A DNA stretch of 63,258 nucleotides, filler included, from Globobulimina sp. (lineage: Eukaryota), in the NCBI GenBank assembly GCA_003354225.1. It is 48 parts of 48 records of this genome, joined end to end, with 100 filler letters (N's around TTAATTAATTAA, not from the genome) between each part and the next. Parts side by side here need not be neighbours in the genome. Positions count along the whole stretch, not along the records: positions 1 to 1,221 come from PIVH01020695.1; positions 1,322 to 2,542 come from PIVH01020696.1; positions 2,643 to 3,863 come from PIVH01020697.1; positions 3,964 to 5,184 come from PIVH01020698.1; positions 5,285 to 6,505 come from PIVH01020699.1; positions 6,606 to 7,826 come from PIVH01020700.1; positions 7,927 to 9,147 come from PIVH01020701.1; positions 9,248 to 10,468 come from PIVH01020702.1; 40 more parts are not named here. One strand, written 5' to 3'. The notes under the pieces were generated by a model. It did no database searches. It saw only the letters and a program-made list of their open reading frames with translations, and was not told the DNA's origin. Below are positions 1-11,968 of this stretch, piece by piece. A program made the translations under genes and the position numbers. How positions within the stretch are numbered: position 1 is the first letter of the stretch; the number at the start of each line of letters is the position of its first letter.

Positions 1-12
1 AAGTTTTTTTGC

Positions 13-1221
13 ATGGCGACTTTAGCGAATAGTCCTACACAGATTGAAGAGTTGAAAGAAGCCAAAGATGACACCGACATAGGACATGAAGCATCAGATT
101 GGTTTTCTATAATTGAAAAGCAACTCTATGATCGTGATCTTCGTGAAAAAATTCCGTTTGAAAACATATCCTCATCATACAATTTGCTTCTTGATGAAAA
201 CGTTGATTTATCAAAACGTGTCAATGAATTATCGCAAGCACTGTTGCAGTTGAAACAGGATAATTGGAATAAACCATCACTTTTTATAAACAAAAGTAAC
301 AACGATAACCAATCAACAGATTCCCCATCAAAAACAGACAAAGAACAAGAAGGTGACTCCACATCGCCAACAAATTATCAGTTATCATCCGTCAAACTCG
401 AAAACGAGTCATTGCGCAAAGAAGTAATGGATGTGTATCGACTAAAAACAGAGAATGACGAAGCTTTATCGAGATTAAAAAAGCAATCCATTGAAAATGA
501 AGAATTGATTCTCCATCAAACCAGCTCAATCAATGAAATATCCATCAAACATCAAGACTTAATCGAGAAACATCATGAGCTCAAAGAAGGTATATAATAC
601 CCGCAATATCGCATGCATATCATATGAAACTCACTCCACACAAAACAAATTGTGGCATATACACATGAGAATATATGCCATTTTATTTGTGTGGCTTGAC
701 AAGGTTTGCCATGCTTAAACATGATGAAAACTTTGAAGTAGAGACCATGTCATGCTTAAAAATGCTGTGTGTTTTTTGTTGTTGTGACAGAGGATGAAAT
801 ATTGAAATCCAACATGGTACTTTTAAATCGGGAGTCTGTAGAGTTACGCAAAGCGCATGATAATGCCATGGGGGAATTGGGGAAATATAAGGATGAAAAC
901 CGGCGTTTAACGGAACAGTTATTAAATTTGAAAGAATCGCAAATGGATTCCATGGATAAATTAAATAAAGAATATGAGAAATTGCAAAAAATAAATTCTA
1001 GCAAATTGAAGCAAATACAAAAGGAATATAAAGAGAATAACAATGAAAATGATGTCAATTTAAATAAGCCACAACGAAGACATACCACTGTGCCACATCA
1101 AAAATCTCAACGAAATTCAAAACCAAACTCACCAAATAAACGATGGTCATTTGCTACAATTTTTAATCTCAACAAAGACGAAAAAAAGACAAACAATCAA
1201 ACAAATACACAAAATAAATCC
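13..1221 (+). CDS. ATG16-like coiled-coil autophagy protein, 3' partial; intron 590-790
   Basis: N-terminal WFSIIEKQLYDRDLREKIPFENISSSY resembles the ATG5-binding helix of ATG16, followed by long coiled coil. A GT(590)...AG(790) intron joins ORFs 13..597 and 769.. in frame. Confidence 0.6.
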
Positions 1222-1321
1222 NNNNNNNNNNNNNNNNNNNNNNNNNNNNNNNNNNNNNNNNNNNNTTAATTAATTAANNNNNNNNNNNNNNNNNNNNNNN
1301 NNNNNNNNNNNNNNNNNNNNN
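1222..1321. other. Artificial contig spacer (44N-TTAATTAATTAA-44N); first of 47 identical spacers recurring every ~1,320 nt
   Basis: Identical N-flanked six-frame-stop 12-mer at regular period; unrelated genes are truncated at each spacer. Confidence 0.98.
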
Positions 1322-1461
1322 TATCTGTTTGTCTTGGGTTTGTTCTGAGTTTGTTATAACTTTGTCTTAGGTTTGCAAATCCAGAACAAAGTCAGAACAA
1401 ATTTATAATTGAACCAAATGTATACAAATTTTAGGGTGGAGGTCATCTTTTTGAATATATC
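1322..1461. repeat. Dispersed ~140-nt repeat with internal imperfect palindrome, copy 1 (MITE-like)
   Basis: Near-identical to 6643-6779 on another contig; centred on TTTGCAAA with TTTGTTCTG/CAGAACAAA inverted arms. Confidence 0.85.
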
Positions 1462-1535
1462 TTTTTGGATTACTGTAAATATTATTAAAACTAACAACTC
1501 ATTTAAATTAAATAAAATACAGTTTAAAAAATCAA

Positions 1536-2542
1536 TCACCTTATCGGATCCATTTGAGTTTCTTCCTGCTCGGAATAGGACCCACTACTCTCACCTGAAC
1601 CTGTTGCAGCAAACCAAGTGAATATGCCCATACGGCTGCGATAGAAAATAGGATTTTCAGCTTGTTCATCTGTAAGATTATTACTTCCTTGAATTTCCAT
1701 CATAGGTTTTGCAAATACCACAGCAATAATTCCCATTAATTTGATTAAAATATTGAGAGCGGGGCCAGAAGTATCCTTTAATGGATCGCCAACAGTATCA
1801 CCAATAACAGCAGCTTTATGTTCTTCTGTACCTTTCCCAGCACAGCCCTGCAATGCGCCAGCTTCAATATATTTCTTTGCATTGTCCCACGCGCCGCCAG
1901 TGTTTGACGCAGACAATGCGCACTGCACACCGCTGACCAAGGAACCCGCCAATAAGCCAACGAGCATTCTTGTGCCAAATATGAAGCCAATAAATAGCGG
2001 CGTCAATATCACCAATAAACCAGGCACAATCATCTCACGTAGCGATGCTTTGGTTGATATCATAATACATTTATTGCAGTCTGGCTTGACTGAATAATCC
2101 ATAATACCCGGATTCTCACGGAATTGTCTACGTACTTCTTGCACCATTTCTAATGCAGCTTTTCCGACAGCTTTCATCGTCAATGCACTAAAAATGTATG
2201 GCAACATAGCCCCAATCAATAAACCAGAAAATACAAACTCGTCAATAACTGGATAATAGAACTTGGGCGACACCGTGAATTGAAATGCTCCCAATAATGC
2301 TACACCAACTAAACCAGCTGAAGCAATGGCGAATCCTTTACCGATTGCTGCCGTTGTATTGCCTGTCGCGTCCAAAGCGTCTGTACGATCTCGCACAGTC
2401 TGGCCCAATTCACTCATTTCTGCGATGCCTCCCGCATTATCTGCAATTGGCCCAAATGCGTCAATCGACAATGCGGTGCATAATGTACATAAGACGCCCA
2501 ATGTCGACAGTGATACACCATACATACCACCCAAATGAATGG
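1536..2542 (-). CDS. Vacuolar-type H+-translocating pyrophosphatase, C-terminal part (K+-dependent signature)
   Basis: Motifs [58 protein letters not shown]. Ala in GNTTAA is the established K+-dependent signature. Confidence 0.97.
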
Positions 2543-2904
2543 NNNNNNNNNNNNNNNNNNNNNNNNNNNNNNNNNNNNNNNNNNNNTTAATTAATTAANN
2601 NNNNNNNNNNNNNNNNNNNNNNNNNNNNNNNNNNNNNNNNNNATGTCAAACTCAAATACGATAATCAATACGCACGTACGACAATCATACGATGAGTCAA
2701 CACAAATGTTTACGGGAAATATTTTGAATCACTCAACACTAAGTACACAACTACCTTAAGGTTTGACTTTCTGTCCGGATTTGTTGACTTGAAAAACGCT
2801 AATTAAATGGAGACAAAACTTAAATTATTTTTTGATAAAATGAATGTATCAAACAATGTTAAATGTAAATAAAAAAATAATACTAATTATTACAATTAAG
2901 AATA

Positions 2905-3863
2905 TCAATGATCATGAAATATGTAATGATATTTATGACTGGAAACAATTTGCCGATTTTTGTTTCTTTTAATTTGATGTTGACACGAAACCGATAGAGG
3001 TACAAAACAATGCGGACAATTTGCGTGTTTTTTAAAATTTCGTTGATTCTTTTTTTTAAGTTTATTTTGTTTCCTTTTCTGAACCAATAAATCCTTTTGC
3101 CGTATTAATAATTGATAGAGATGCTTTTGATTCAAATCTGGATGATTCTTTGTATTGTATTTATAATATAATTGCTGTTCATGCGCATTATTTCGCGGAT
3201 CATATAATTTTATGGCCTTAATTAATACAAATAATGTCTGTTTGTGGGTTGCATTGTTTTTTAAATGGAATTGTGACGGACAAAATTCTTTTAACAAACG
3301 TTGAACTGTATATTTATTAAATTTTAATTTATTCTGTGAATAATATTCATTATTATAATCTGTAATGTCTTTACAATCAATGTCATCATCGTCCTCCTCA
3401 TCATCATCTTCTTCTTCGTGGTCTGAATCATGGTCATTCTCTTTATTATTACCATTGTGATTATCGTTTGGTCCGCCGGGTGTTTGTCCGTTATTATATT
3501 TGCAATGATAAAGAATGGAATACCACTTCAGAAACTGTTTATATTTAACAACATCAGGTTTCAGATGTGTTGCTTTTTTAAAATGTGATATTGCTTCTTG
3601 CAAACAATCCAATTCAATCAGTACACATCCTAAATGATAATGTGGTGATGCTGCATCTGGCCGTAATCGGATTACAAGTTTAAATCTTTGTTTTGCTTGG
3701 AGATATTTGCCTTGTGCTGCAAGAATTTTCGCTGCATAGAACGGTTCTCTCCCAATGCTGCTATCAATGAATGACCTGGTGCTTGCACAAATTGATGGTG
3801 CTGCCATGATAAACAGCAGTGTACTAAAGGTTTTTAAACTCAACTTATAATATCATCGCGTGG
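2905..3863 (-). CDS. TPR-repeat protein with acidic low-complexity tract, probably 5' partial
   Basis: TPR-like helices (PDAASPHYHLGCVLIELDCLQEAISHFKKATHLKPD), followed by D/E-rich segment. Confidence 0.65.
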
Positions 3864-3963
3864 NNNNNNNNNNNNNNNNNNNNNNNNNNNNNNNNNNNNN
3901 NNNNNNNTTAATTAATTAANNNNNNNNNNNNNNNNNNNNNNNNNNNNNNNNNNNNNNNNNNNN

Positions 3964-5184
3964 TGTATCCAATAAATCCAACGCAAATGTATCACTCATT
4001 GCCTTTTCATCCGATGTGATGACTAATGGCTGCGAATAGATTTTAATGGACGCTTTTTCATTGATTCTGTCCTTTAATAACATATTTGCCAACAAGTTAT
4101 ATACCACCGGCAAGGCGTGGACAGCGGTGCAGTTAATGCCTAATTGGATGGTGTTGTTTAAGTTTCTTTTGATGGTTACATTCTGTCCCGGAGTCAGGTT
4201 AAAATGCGCAATGATTGGCGGTAATGTTGGTGCTAAGGATGTGTTTGGAAGGTTGGGAACGGTGAAATCATGAACATAGCCATACGAAGTCCAGAATGCA
4301 TTATAATGCCATTTGTCGTCAGCAGTATCATGATCTAATAAATACGTTTGAAAGTCTGTCACATTGAACAATGAGGCATTGGATAACGAGACGTAAGCAA
4401 TTATACCATTGGTCTCTGCAAAGGAGTCGTGGTAGATATCAATCAGTGAGTCGTTTGCGCCAAACTGGCGATTTATATCGTAACCAGTGACATTTGTATA
4501 CGGCACAATGTATCCGTTCGTACCCGCATGCGAGCCATAAAACTGATGTCCTAATTCCAGACTGGGATTATTTATCGATGTGGTCAATTTCAGTATGGCT
4601 AAACCAACGGTGGCAAAGTATCCTGGCAATAAAACCTGACAACACAAAGCCTGCACAGTCCATATATAAATGCAAGAAACTGTTTTGAAAAACATTGAGA
4701 AAGCACTTAACTCGAAAATCGCGAATGCCCCAAAACCAGCGTCGGTATAAAATGGCGAAAAAATGTTCCAGAAATATGACGATCTCAGATTGGTCTTGCA
4801 ATTGAAAGGAAGGCTGCGGGAATATTTCGCCCACTTTTTCATAGTCACTCTTATGTCTCCGGATGGATTTACTTATTTTCTCTTCTTGCGCTCTCAGCAA
4901 ACCATCCGCCGGTACAATGTCTTGCTTTTCTTCTTCTCTGTGGCTCAATTTTGAGTTTGCCTTTTCCAGTTTGATAGATTCAGAATCGCCATCACCGAAT
5001 AGATTTGAATTTGAAGAGTCAAACATGTCATCGCTGCCATCATCCGCTCCCTCAATTTCCTCCCTATGCTCTTCGCCAATTTTCAAGAAGACCTCTTCCA
5101 ACGTGACCGGCGGTATTTCGATATCCTCGCTGCCATATTGAACGGGAGTTTCCATCACTCTGTCCAGACCGCGCCGGACTTCTA
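3964..5184 (-). CDS. ABCA-subfamily ABC transporter, internal fragment (linker and start of second TM/exocytoplasmic domain); intron 4651-4711
   Basis: VTLEEVFLKIGE and FFAILYRRW..GIRD motifs; GTTAAG...GCAG intron joins GIRDFR to ALCCQVLLP in frame; HALP motif downstream. Confidence 0.85.
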
Positions 5185-5284
5185 NNNNNNNNNNNNNNNN
5201 NNNNNNNNNNNNNNNNNNNNNNNNNNNNTTAATTAATTAANNNNNNNNNNNNNNNNNNNNNNNNNNNNNNNNNNNNNNNNNNNN

Positions 5285-6022
5285 GAGAATATCGCTATTG
5301 TGCAGAATATGGAGGCGGCCGTGATGTTTCGTGATGACACAGTGCAGTTTGAGCAGAATTGTCAGTGCATTATACGTGGCGGCGTGAATATGTATGGTCG
5401 GTATTGGCAGTGCATTGAAAGGAAGAAATTGAAGAGTGCACTGTGTAAAAACAATGCAGAGAAATATGATCCAAGCATTGGGCGACAAGTGTTCCGGTTG
5501 AAAGACTCGGATAGGACCATCACGAAGAACTGCTCAGTGCTGCGGAAGAGGCGGAGGAATGAAGCGGACGATGATGTCTTTAGTATGGAGAATGTCAAAA
5601 ATGCATTGCGATGTTTTGCGACAGTGACTGGTGTGTTTTCTAACTGTGTCTGTTCTGTAATGTATATCCTTGCACAGTGTGTTTGTGTTGATGTGTAAGG
5701 GAGTACTCGTGATGGAGTGCATTCAGATTGTTCGGATTCTTCGTTGATTCATGGAGTGAGTGACCTTGCATTTGTGCAGCCTCAGAAGAAAAGGAGGCTG
5801 AATAAAGTGCGGATTACGCAAAATGATGTTGTTACTAAGGTGAATATAGATAATTATGTACAAAATATTGGACAAACAGACGATGGGAATTATAATAGAA
5901 ATGATAATAATGAGAATAAAAATGGATTTGTTGCGTTTGATTTTCCGTACAATGAGAATGAGAATGAGAATGATAGCAATGATAATCAACAGAATGATAA
6001 TGATTTTGATATGCAAATTTAA
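5285..6022 (+). CDS. Hypothetical protein, 5' partial; probable intron 5631-5699
   Basis: ORFs 5300..5698 and 5717..6022 share a frame and are bridged by a 69-nt GT-AG segment containing the stop. Confidence 0.45.
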
Positions 6023-6642
6023 TTTATTTTATTTATTATAGTGTCAGATACTGTTTTATATAGTTTGTATTGAGAAATAAAAATAATAATAATATGCAAA
6101 TTTGTGTTTCTAAATAATTGTTTGCTGCAAATTTCTTCTTTGGATAGAAATCCTTTTACATTTTGACGTAGCGTCAATTTCAGGCTACATCCTTGCGACA
6201 TCTTTTCATGAAAACGGTACTTTTTTTTCATGATTTGTGATAAATAAAGCCCTAGTTTTTCTAGTGATTTCATGAAGACCGGATGATCTTTTTACCTTTA
6301 TTGCATAGATTTGTCTCTTCTCTCATAATCTATCCTTGCACTGTCGTGAGAACCCTGATATTAAGATTTTCTTGAAGTGAGCTAGTGATCGTCGGGAAAA
6401 TATACAACCTGAAGTTCGCGCTATTTTGACGTCGAGCTAGTAATCAATCATAATGGGCACAGCTTGCACTATATTTGGCACAGAAGATTCCATAGATATG
6501 GATGANNNNNNNNNNNNNNNNNNNNNNNNNNNNNNNNNNNNNNNNNNNNTTAATTAATTAANNNNNNNNNNNNNNNNNNNNNNNNNNNNNNNNNNNNNNN
6601 NNNNNATCTGAGAAATACTTTTCAGATCCAGAAACTGTTTGC

Positions 6643-6779
6643 TATATGTTTGTTTTGTGTTTGTTCTGGGTTTGTTATAACTTTGTCTTGGGTTTGCAAA
6701 TCCAGAACAAAGTCAGAACAAATTTATAACTGAACCAAATGTATACAAGGGGGGGGGGGGTTATCTTTTGGAATATATC
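6643..6779. repeat. Dispersed ~140-nt palindromic repeat, copy 2
   Basis: Matches 1322-1461 with scattered substitutions and a poly-G tract. Confidence 0.85.
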
Positions 6780-6809
6780 GTTATGATGACTAGTCATCAC
6801 ATTTGAGTC

Positions 6810-7529
6810 ATGGATAAACTGGGAAAAAATAAATTGGTGTTTGGATATGTGAGAGAGCATTGTGGGTCAATAAATATACACTTTTTACCACACGATATTG
6901 TCCAATTATTGGTCTTATGGCTAACATTCAGCGATTCGTTTGATAAAACTATATCCCATCCGGACATAAAATTTAAAACAACAATTATTGAGAACGAAAA
7001 ATATCAACAATTATCCATCGCAGAAAGAACTATTGAGTCAAGTGTAAATTTTGGATCAGCAATTTGTAAAAAAGCTATCGCCAAAGGAGATAAATATCGA
7101 TGGACATTTAAAATCCATGGACCAAACAGGATTTTGTTAGGGATCATCGATGATAATGTAGCTAAAATGAATGAAAATGTTTTTGATTTTACAGACGAAG
7201 AGAATGGAGGTTATGGGTTATACTTATTTTCCATGCTAAAATACCATGCATCTGATTCAAGTTCAGATGGATATTTTTATTATGGGCGACAATTTAAATT
7301 GAATGATGTTAATGTGCAGGTAATTGAGATGGAATTGGATTTATCTCAAACGGACAATGAAAATGGTGTATTACGGTTTGTTATAAATGGTACAAAACAA
7401 AATGTATTCCATACAGAACAAACAACAAACACTAGTTTGTATGACGATGTTGACATTGAATGCAAATACAGAGCAGCCATTGCTTTTGAGTATGGTTGCG
7501 GTGATGTGATTTCTTTCTTGTTGCACTAA
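6810..7529 (+). CDS. SPRY/B30.2-like domain protein, intronless
   Basis: Complete 239-aa ORF with LVFGYVRE...LPHDIVQL leader and beta-rich WTFKI..ILLGII..IEMELDL..LRFVING pattern. Confidence 0.6.
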   Translation: MDKLGKNKLVFGYVREHCGSINIHFLPHDIVQLLVLWLTFSDSFDKTISHPDIKFKTTIIENEKYQQLSIAERTIESSVNFGSAICKKAIAKGDKYRWTFKIHGPNRILLGIIDDNVAKMNENVFDFTDEENGGYGLYLFSMLKYHASDSSSDGYFYYGRQFKLNDVNVQVIEMELDLSQTDNENGVLRFVINGTKQNVFHTEQTTNTSLYDDVDIECKYRAAIAFEYGCGDVISFLLH

Positions 7530-8090
7530 AGCTCACTGCGGATTACTTATACAGTTTGAACCAGAAACGTTTCCCAAAAGTAAATGACTAGTCATCACTC
7601 GTCGTGAAATAATTATAATATTAATTACAAATGTCATTATATATATTAATACATACAGTAATTCTTCAAAAAAAAAAAATTAAGTTTGAAATTAAAAAAT
7701 CCCTCTAAAAATTGAAACAAACGAATTAGAATAAAAAAAAAACAAAAAAAAAAAAAAAAGAAAATAGATTGAAAAGTTTATTAAAAAAATATCATTTTTT
7801 TTTAATTAAATATTCTTTTAATTTAANNNNNNNNNNNNNNNNNNNNNNNNNNNNNNNNNNNNNNNNNNNNTTAATTAATTAANNNNNNNNNNNNNNNNNN
7901 NNNNNNNNNNNNNNNNNNNNNNNNNNAGGGATGTCTACATTACCTCAATACGACTCTATCTGATGTATAAAACAGACACACAATGTTGACGAAAGGATGG
8001 TTGAAGTGAAAGTGGCTATGCCTAGTCAAGTTGACAGATGACAAGCTCACTGTACTTAAGTGAACCAACTCCTTGCACTATTTTCAGAAC

Positions 8091-9147
8091 ATGGTGCTCG
8101 TTGAAACATACTGTGCGTGGCTCTCCTCAATGCCAACAACAATTGTAGTGACATTGTTTATAATCTCTATTTTCAAAGTGATATGTGACGAAAAAGAAAG
8201 TGAAGAATTAAAAATAAAAAAAGGAAATAAGATTTTTACCTATTGTGGTGCTGCTTGTTTAATAGCATTTTGGTTTCGCTCAACCATTCAAACCATAATA
8301 TTTTCAGTATTGATAGCACAGAATAGGCACTTACAACATCTCAGCACCTCCTTAGATTTGTCATGGCTGTTTTATGGCTCAGGCTTATGGTTAATGTTAT
8401 TCTCATTTGTGCTGCGAATACAATATACTTTCAAAGGAACGCATTCGCACTTACAATATTCACAAGTTATTATTAAGATATTATATGTTTTATTAGCTTT
8501 GTTATTAATTCAAGTAATATTAATTGTTGCATTTGAGGAAGAATTAATTTTTGCATATATTGCTATTTTTTCACATTTCTTATTTTCTGTGTTATTGACG
8601 TATTTATTATTTAGTAAAATATTTGTTACAATGCAATATCGATTGCGCCAACGTCTTGGAATAAATGTGCTTCCTATTGGTTCGGATGCAGATGATGTTC
8701 ATGCGGAATGTGGTCAGGAAATGACAAGAATTGATGATGAAGATTCAGCTGCGACAAGCACAGGAGATCAAATCTCATTAAATTCAATAAAATCAGTGAC
8801 TCGCTATGCATTATTGATGTTTATTGGAATTGTCTCAACGTATATTGCATCTATTTTAATATTTATTGATATCGAGTATGGATTTAGTGTCTCATATCAT
8901 ATATTAACATGGGGATCGGCTTTAGTTGGCGTTGACTTATTGGTAAATGCTATTGCCGTTTATTTATTGTTTCAGCATAATTCAAATAAATATTATAAAC
9001 TTTGTAAAATATGCCATATTGGATGTGAAAGATTTTGCGTTGAAATTATTTATCTATATTCAAAAAAATCAAAACGAAATGGTATAAACTCATCCTCTGC
9101 AAAAAATAGAGCTGAATTTGCGACTTTAATATTGACTCCAGATGGTG
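8091..9147 (+). CDS. Seven-transmembrane (GPCR-like) membrane protein, 3' partial
   Basis: About seven hydrophobic segments, long acidic loop between TM5 and TM6, Cys-containing tail (YYKLCKICHIGC). Confidence 0.6.
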
Positions 9148-9247
9148 NNNNNNNNNNNNNNNNNNNNNNNNNNNNNNNNNNNNNNNNNNNNTTAATTAAT
9201 TAANNNNNNNNNNNNNNNNNNNNNNNNNNNNNNNNNNNNNNNNNNNN

Positions 9248-10468
9248 TCCATTCAAAGCATCCAGAATGGAAACATTTGGCAATATATATTGCGCGGAAT
9301 ATGCTAAACATGCTTCTGGAATTCGTAAAACCTTTTTTGTTAAATTTTGATATTTTTTTGGTTTGATTAAATATATTTTATCCATCCAATCCGCAGATGT
9401 TTTACAATAATTTGCTTGTCCATACGCCATATTTTGATGTGCAACATTCTGTGGATTGCGTCTATCGATAATAAAAATATACCGCTTATGTGTCTCGTTC
9501 TGAGCAGCACCTTTTATCCACATTTTATGTATTATTTGAGATAACATTTCCAAACTATTTCCTTGACAAATATTTTCGACCCAAAAGTCTGTATTAACAG
9601 TATAACCGCCTTTATCTTCCAAATATGTTTTTAAATCCCATATTCCCATCTCATTAAACGCCATTTCTGTATTTGCAAAAAACAAATCTGAATCATACGG
9701 CTTTAGATTAAATAAAGGATTTATTTTACCAGGCTTCACCAATTGAGGTAGGATTACAAAGTCAAACTGCGTTGGCAACACATTATATTTCCTTTTATAG
9801 ATAGTGATTAAATTGAATATAAATAGATGCGTCGCCAATGTATACTTTACAAAATGATTCAAATTATCATGGATAACCTGTGTCAATTGCGAGTTAAAAT
9901 TAATTTGTGGCAATACCCGTTTGCTGAGTGCTTGTACCGCGGTCATCATTGGCAGTGCCATTTTCGCGTTTTTATATTGAATATATTTGCAAAAATCCGC
10001 GTCATGCAACCACCAACTTGTTGGATTATAACCAGTCGAATATTTATCCGCATCAAACCTATATTTGTCACCGCCAACTGCTGCTTTTTGATATAAATAT
10101 TTGTGGCCCAACACTCTGTCCCTACTAAATGAGTCTAATAACCATTTTAAAATTGTATACCCGTTCCGTTCATCCACTGCCTTTGCAATACACAATGATT
10201 TATCCTCTGCGATATTGGCGCGACTGTTGCTGTTATTATTGCATTCGTCGTAGATCACAGAACATTCCTTTTTCACCAATTGGGTGGCGAGGATTACATC
10301 CTTTTGTTTGATGGTAAAACGGAAATCTTTAATGGCAAATAACCGCGCTTTACCTGACAACATGTCTTGTAATGTCGACAGTATTTTTCCTTTCTCCGTT
10401 ATGGAATATTGTATTCCCGGCAAACCACCAATTTCTGCCCAGATACTTTTAAATATGGCACTGCTGTC
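9248..10468 (-). CDS. Hypothetical protein, open across essentially the entire contig, no recognised domain
   Basis: Uninterrupted ~400-codon reading frame. Confidence 0.6.
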
Positions 10469-10568
10469 NNNNNNNNNNNNNNNNNNNNNNNNNNNNNNNN
10501 NNNNNNNNNNNNTTAATTAATTAANNNNNNNNNNNNNNNNNNNNNNNNNNNNNNNNNNNNNNNNNNNN

Positions 10569-10655
10569 GCAGCATTAACGCCTAAAGCCGAAATTGAAGG
10601 CGATATGGGAGATTCCCATATGGGTTTACAGGCGCGCTTGATGTCGCAGGCTTTG
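10569..10655 (+). CDS. recA: Bacterial RecA fragment (chimeric contig end)
   Basis: Translates [29 protein letters not shown], the conserved RecA segment after Walker B. Confidence 0.92.
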
Positions 10656-11789
10656 CATTGGCCTTCGTGGCATTTCAGTGGACATTGGTGGTTGCCGCAT
10701 TTTAGCATTTTCAGACAGCTTTGCTTGCATAGACGCGCTTTGCTTTCTGTCTCGTCGCCGCATAATAAGGAATACGTCAATTTGCCGCAGGGACATTGCG
10801 ATTTTCTATCCGATGGCAAGGTGCAGGGCTCACAGGGACCGGGATGACAAATGGCAGGGCAGGAATGCGGGCAGTGCGCGCCCCGCTTTTTGGCGCAAAT
10901 ATCGCCGCAGGAATGGGGGATGTATTGATATTTGGATTGGTATTCATGATCGAATATGACTTTATCGCAAAAACATTTGTATTGATTGAATTTAAAATTT
11001 ACGTGCACGTAATTGCATGCTGGACAGCGTACTTTTTCGATGGAACGGTCCGGTTTCATGGCACGACGCTCGGATTCTGCGTCTTTTTGTTCTCGCGCTC
11101 TGGCCCATTTACTATGGAATGTATATATGGATTATGGGGTGCCAGGATATGGAAATATAAGCACTTAACTTGACACACATAATATGGAACATGGTGTAGC
11201 AATGTTGGCACTTCCAAATGCGTGCTTTTTTGCCGATAAATGATTGGCAAACCATGCAATCATAAGTGCCGTTGATTAGTTGTAAGGCCATCTCCTTTGG
11301 TCTATCACCGAGGTTCTCCAATTCCAAAGCATTGCGTGGCTTGCGTGGTTTGCTGTATTTGTGACTGTTTTGCTGATACGAAGATGTTCTGATTTGTGCC
11401 TGGGATTCATCCACTTCCCATTGCGTTGGAGCTGTCTTGTAATTGTTATTGTTGTCTTGGTCTGGATGATAATGCTCACTCATTCCAACATTATCGTCAA
11501 TTTGTCTTCCTGTGAATTTCTTTTTTTGTCTATATGGTCTGGATGGTTGGTTATGGCATATATTTGATGCTATTGGCGGTTGATTGGTATCAGTAATGTG
11601 GCCATGGTGTTGTTGATGTGGTGTGTTGTCGGTGCTATTATCAGTTTGATTGTTGTGATTGTTTTTGGTTTGTTTTGGTTGGTAATATGGTGTGTTGCGC
11701 TGTCTTCTATTTCCTACATAATTTCCACGATTGCCATAGTTATTACCTCTGTAATTCCCTCGATTTCTGTATCTGTTTCCTCCATAACC
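10640..11789 (-). CDS. NFX1: NF-X1-type zinc-finger protein (RING/PHD plus NFX1 repeats), partial; intron 11112-11169
   Basis: CMVC...[51 protein letters not shown]; intron restores CVNKWAR. Confidence 0.9.
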
Positions 11790-11968
11790 NNNNNNNNNNN
11801 NNNNNNNNNNNNNNNNNNNNNNNNNNNNNNNNNTTAATTAATTAANNNNNNNNNNNNNNNNNNNNNNNNNNNNNNNNNNNNNNNNNNNNATTTCAAAAGG
11901 CATTGGATTGCATTGCAGAAAGATTACTCTCAATGTGAGGGGCAGGGTCGGGTGATAAGGTACTTCGA

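Noticed and set aside
1741-2590. Plus-strand ORFs over the V-PPase, and similar shadow ORFs elsewhere
   Set aside because: Antisense or alternate-frame shadows of well-supported genes.
10605-10847. ORF as a novel RecA-derived protein or HGT
   Set aside because: After 17 residues it is the antisense of NFX1; a chimera is the simpler explanation.
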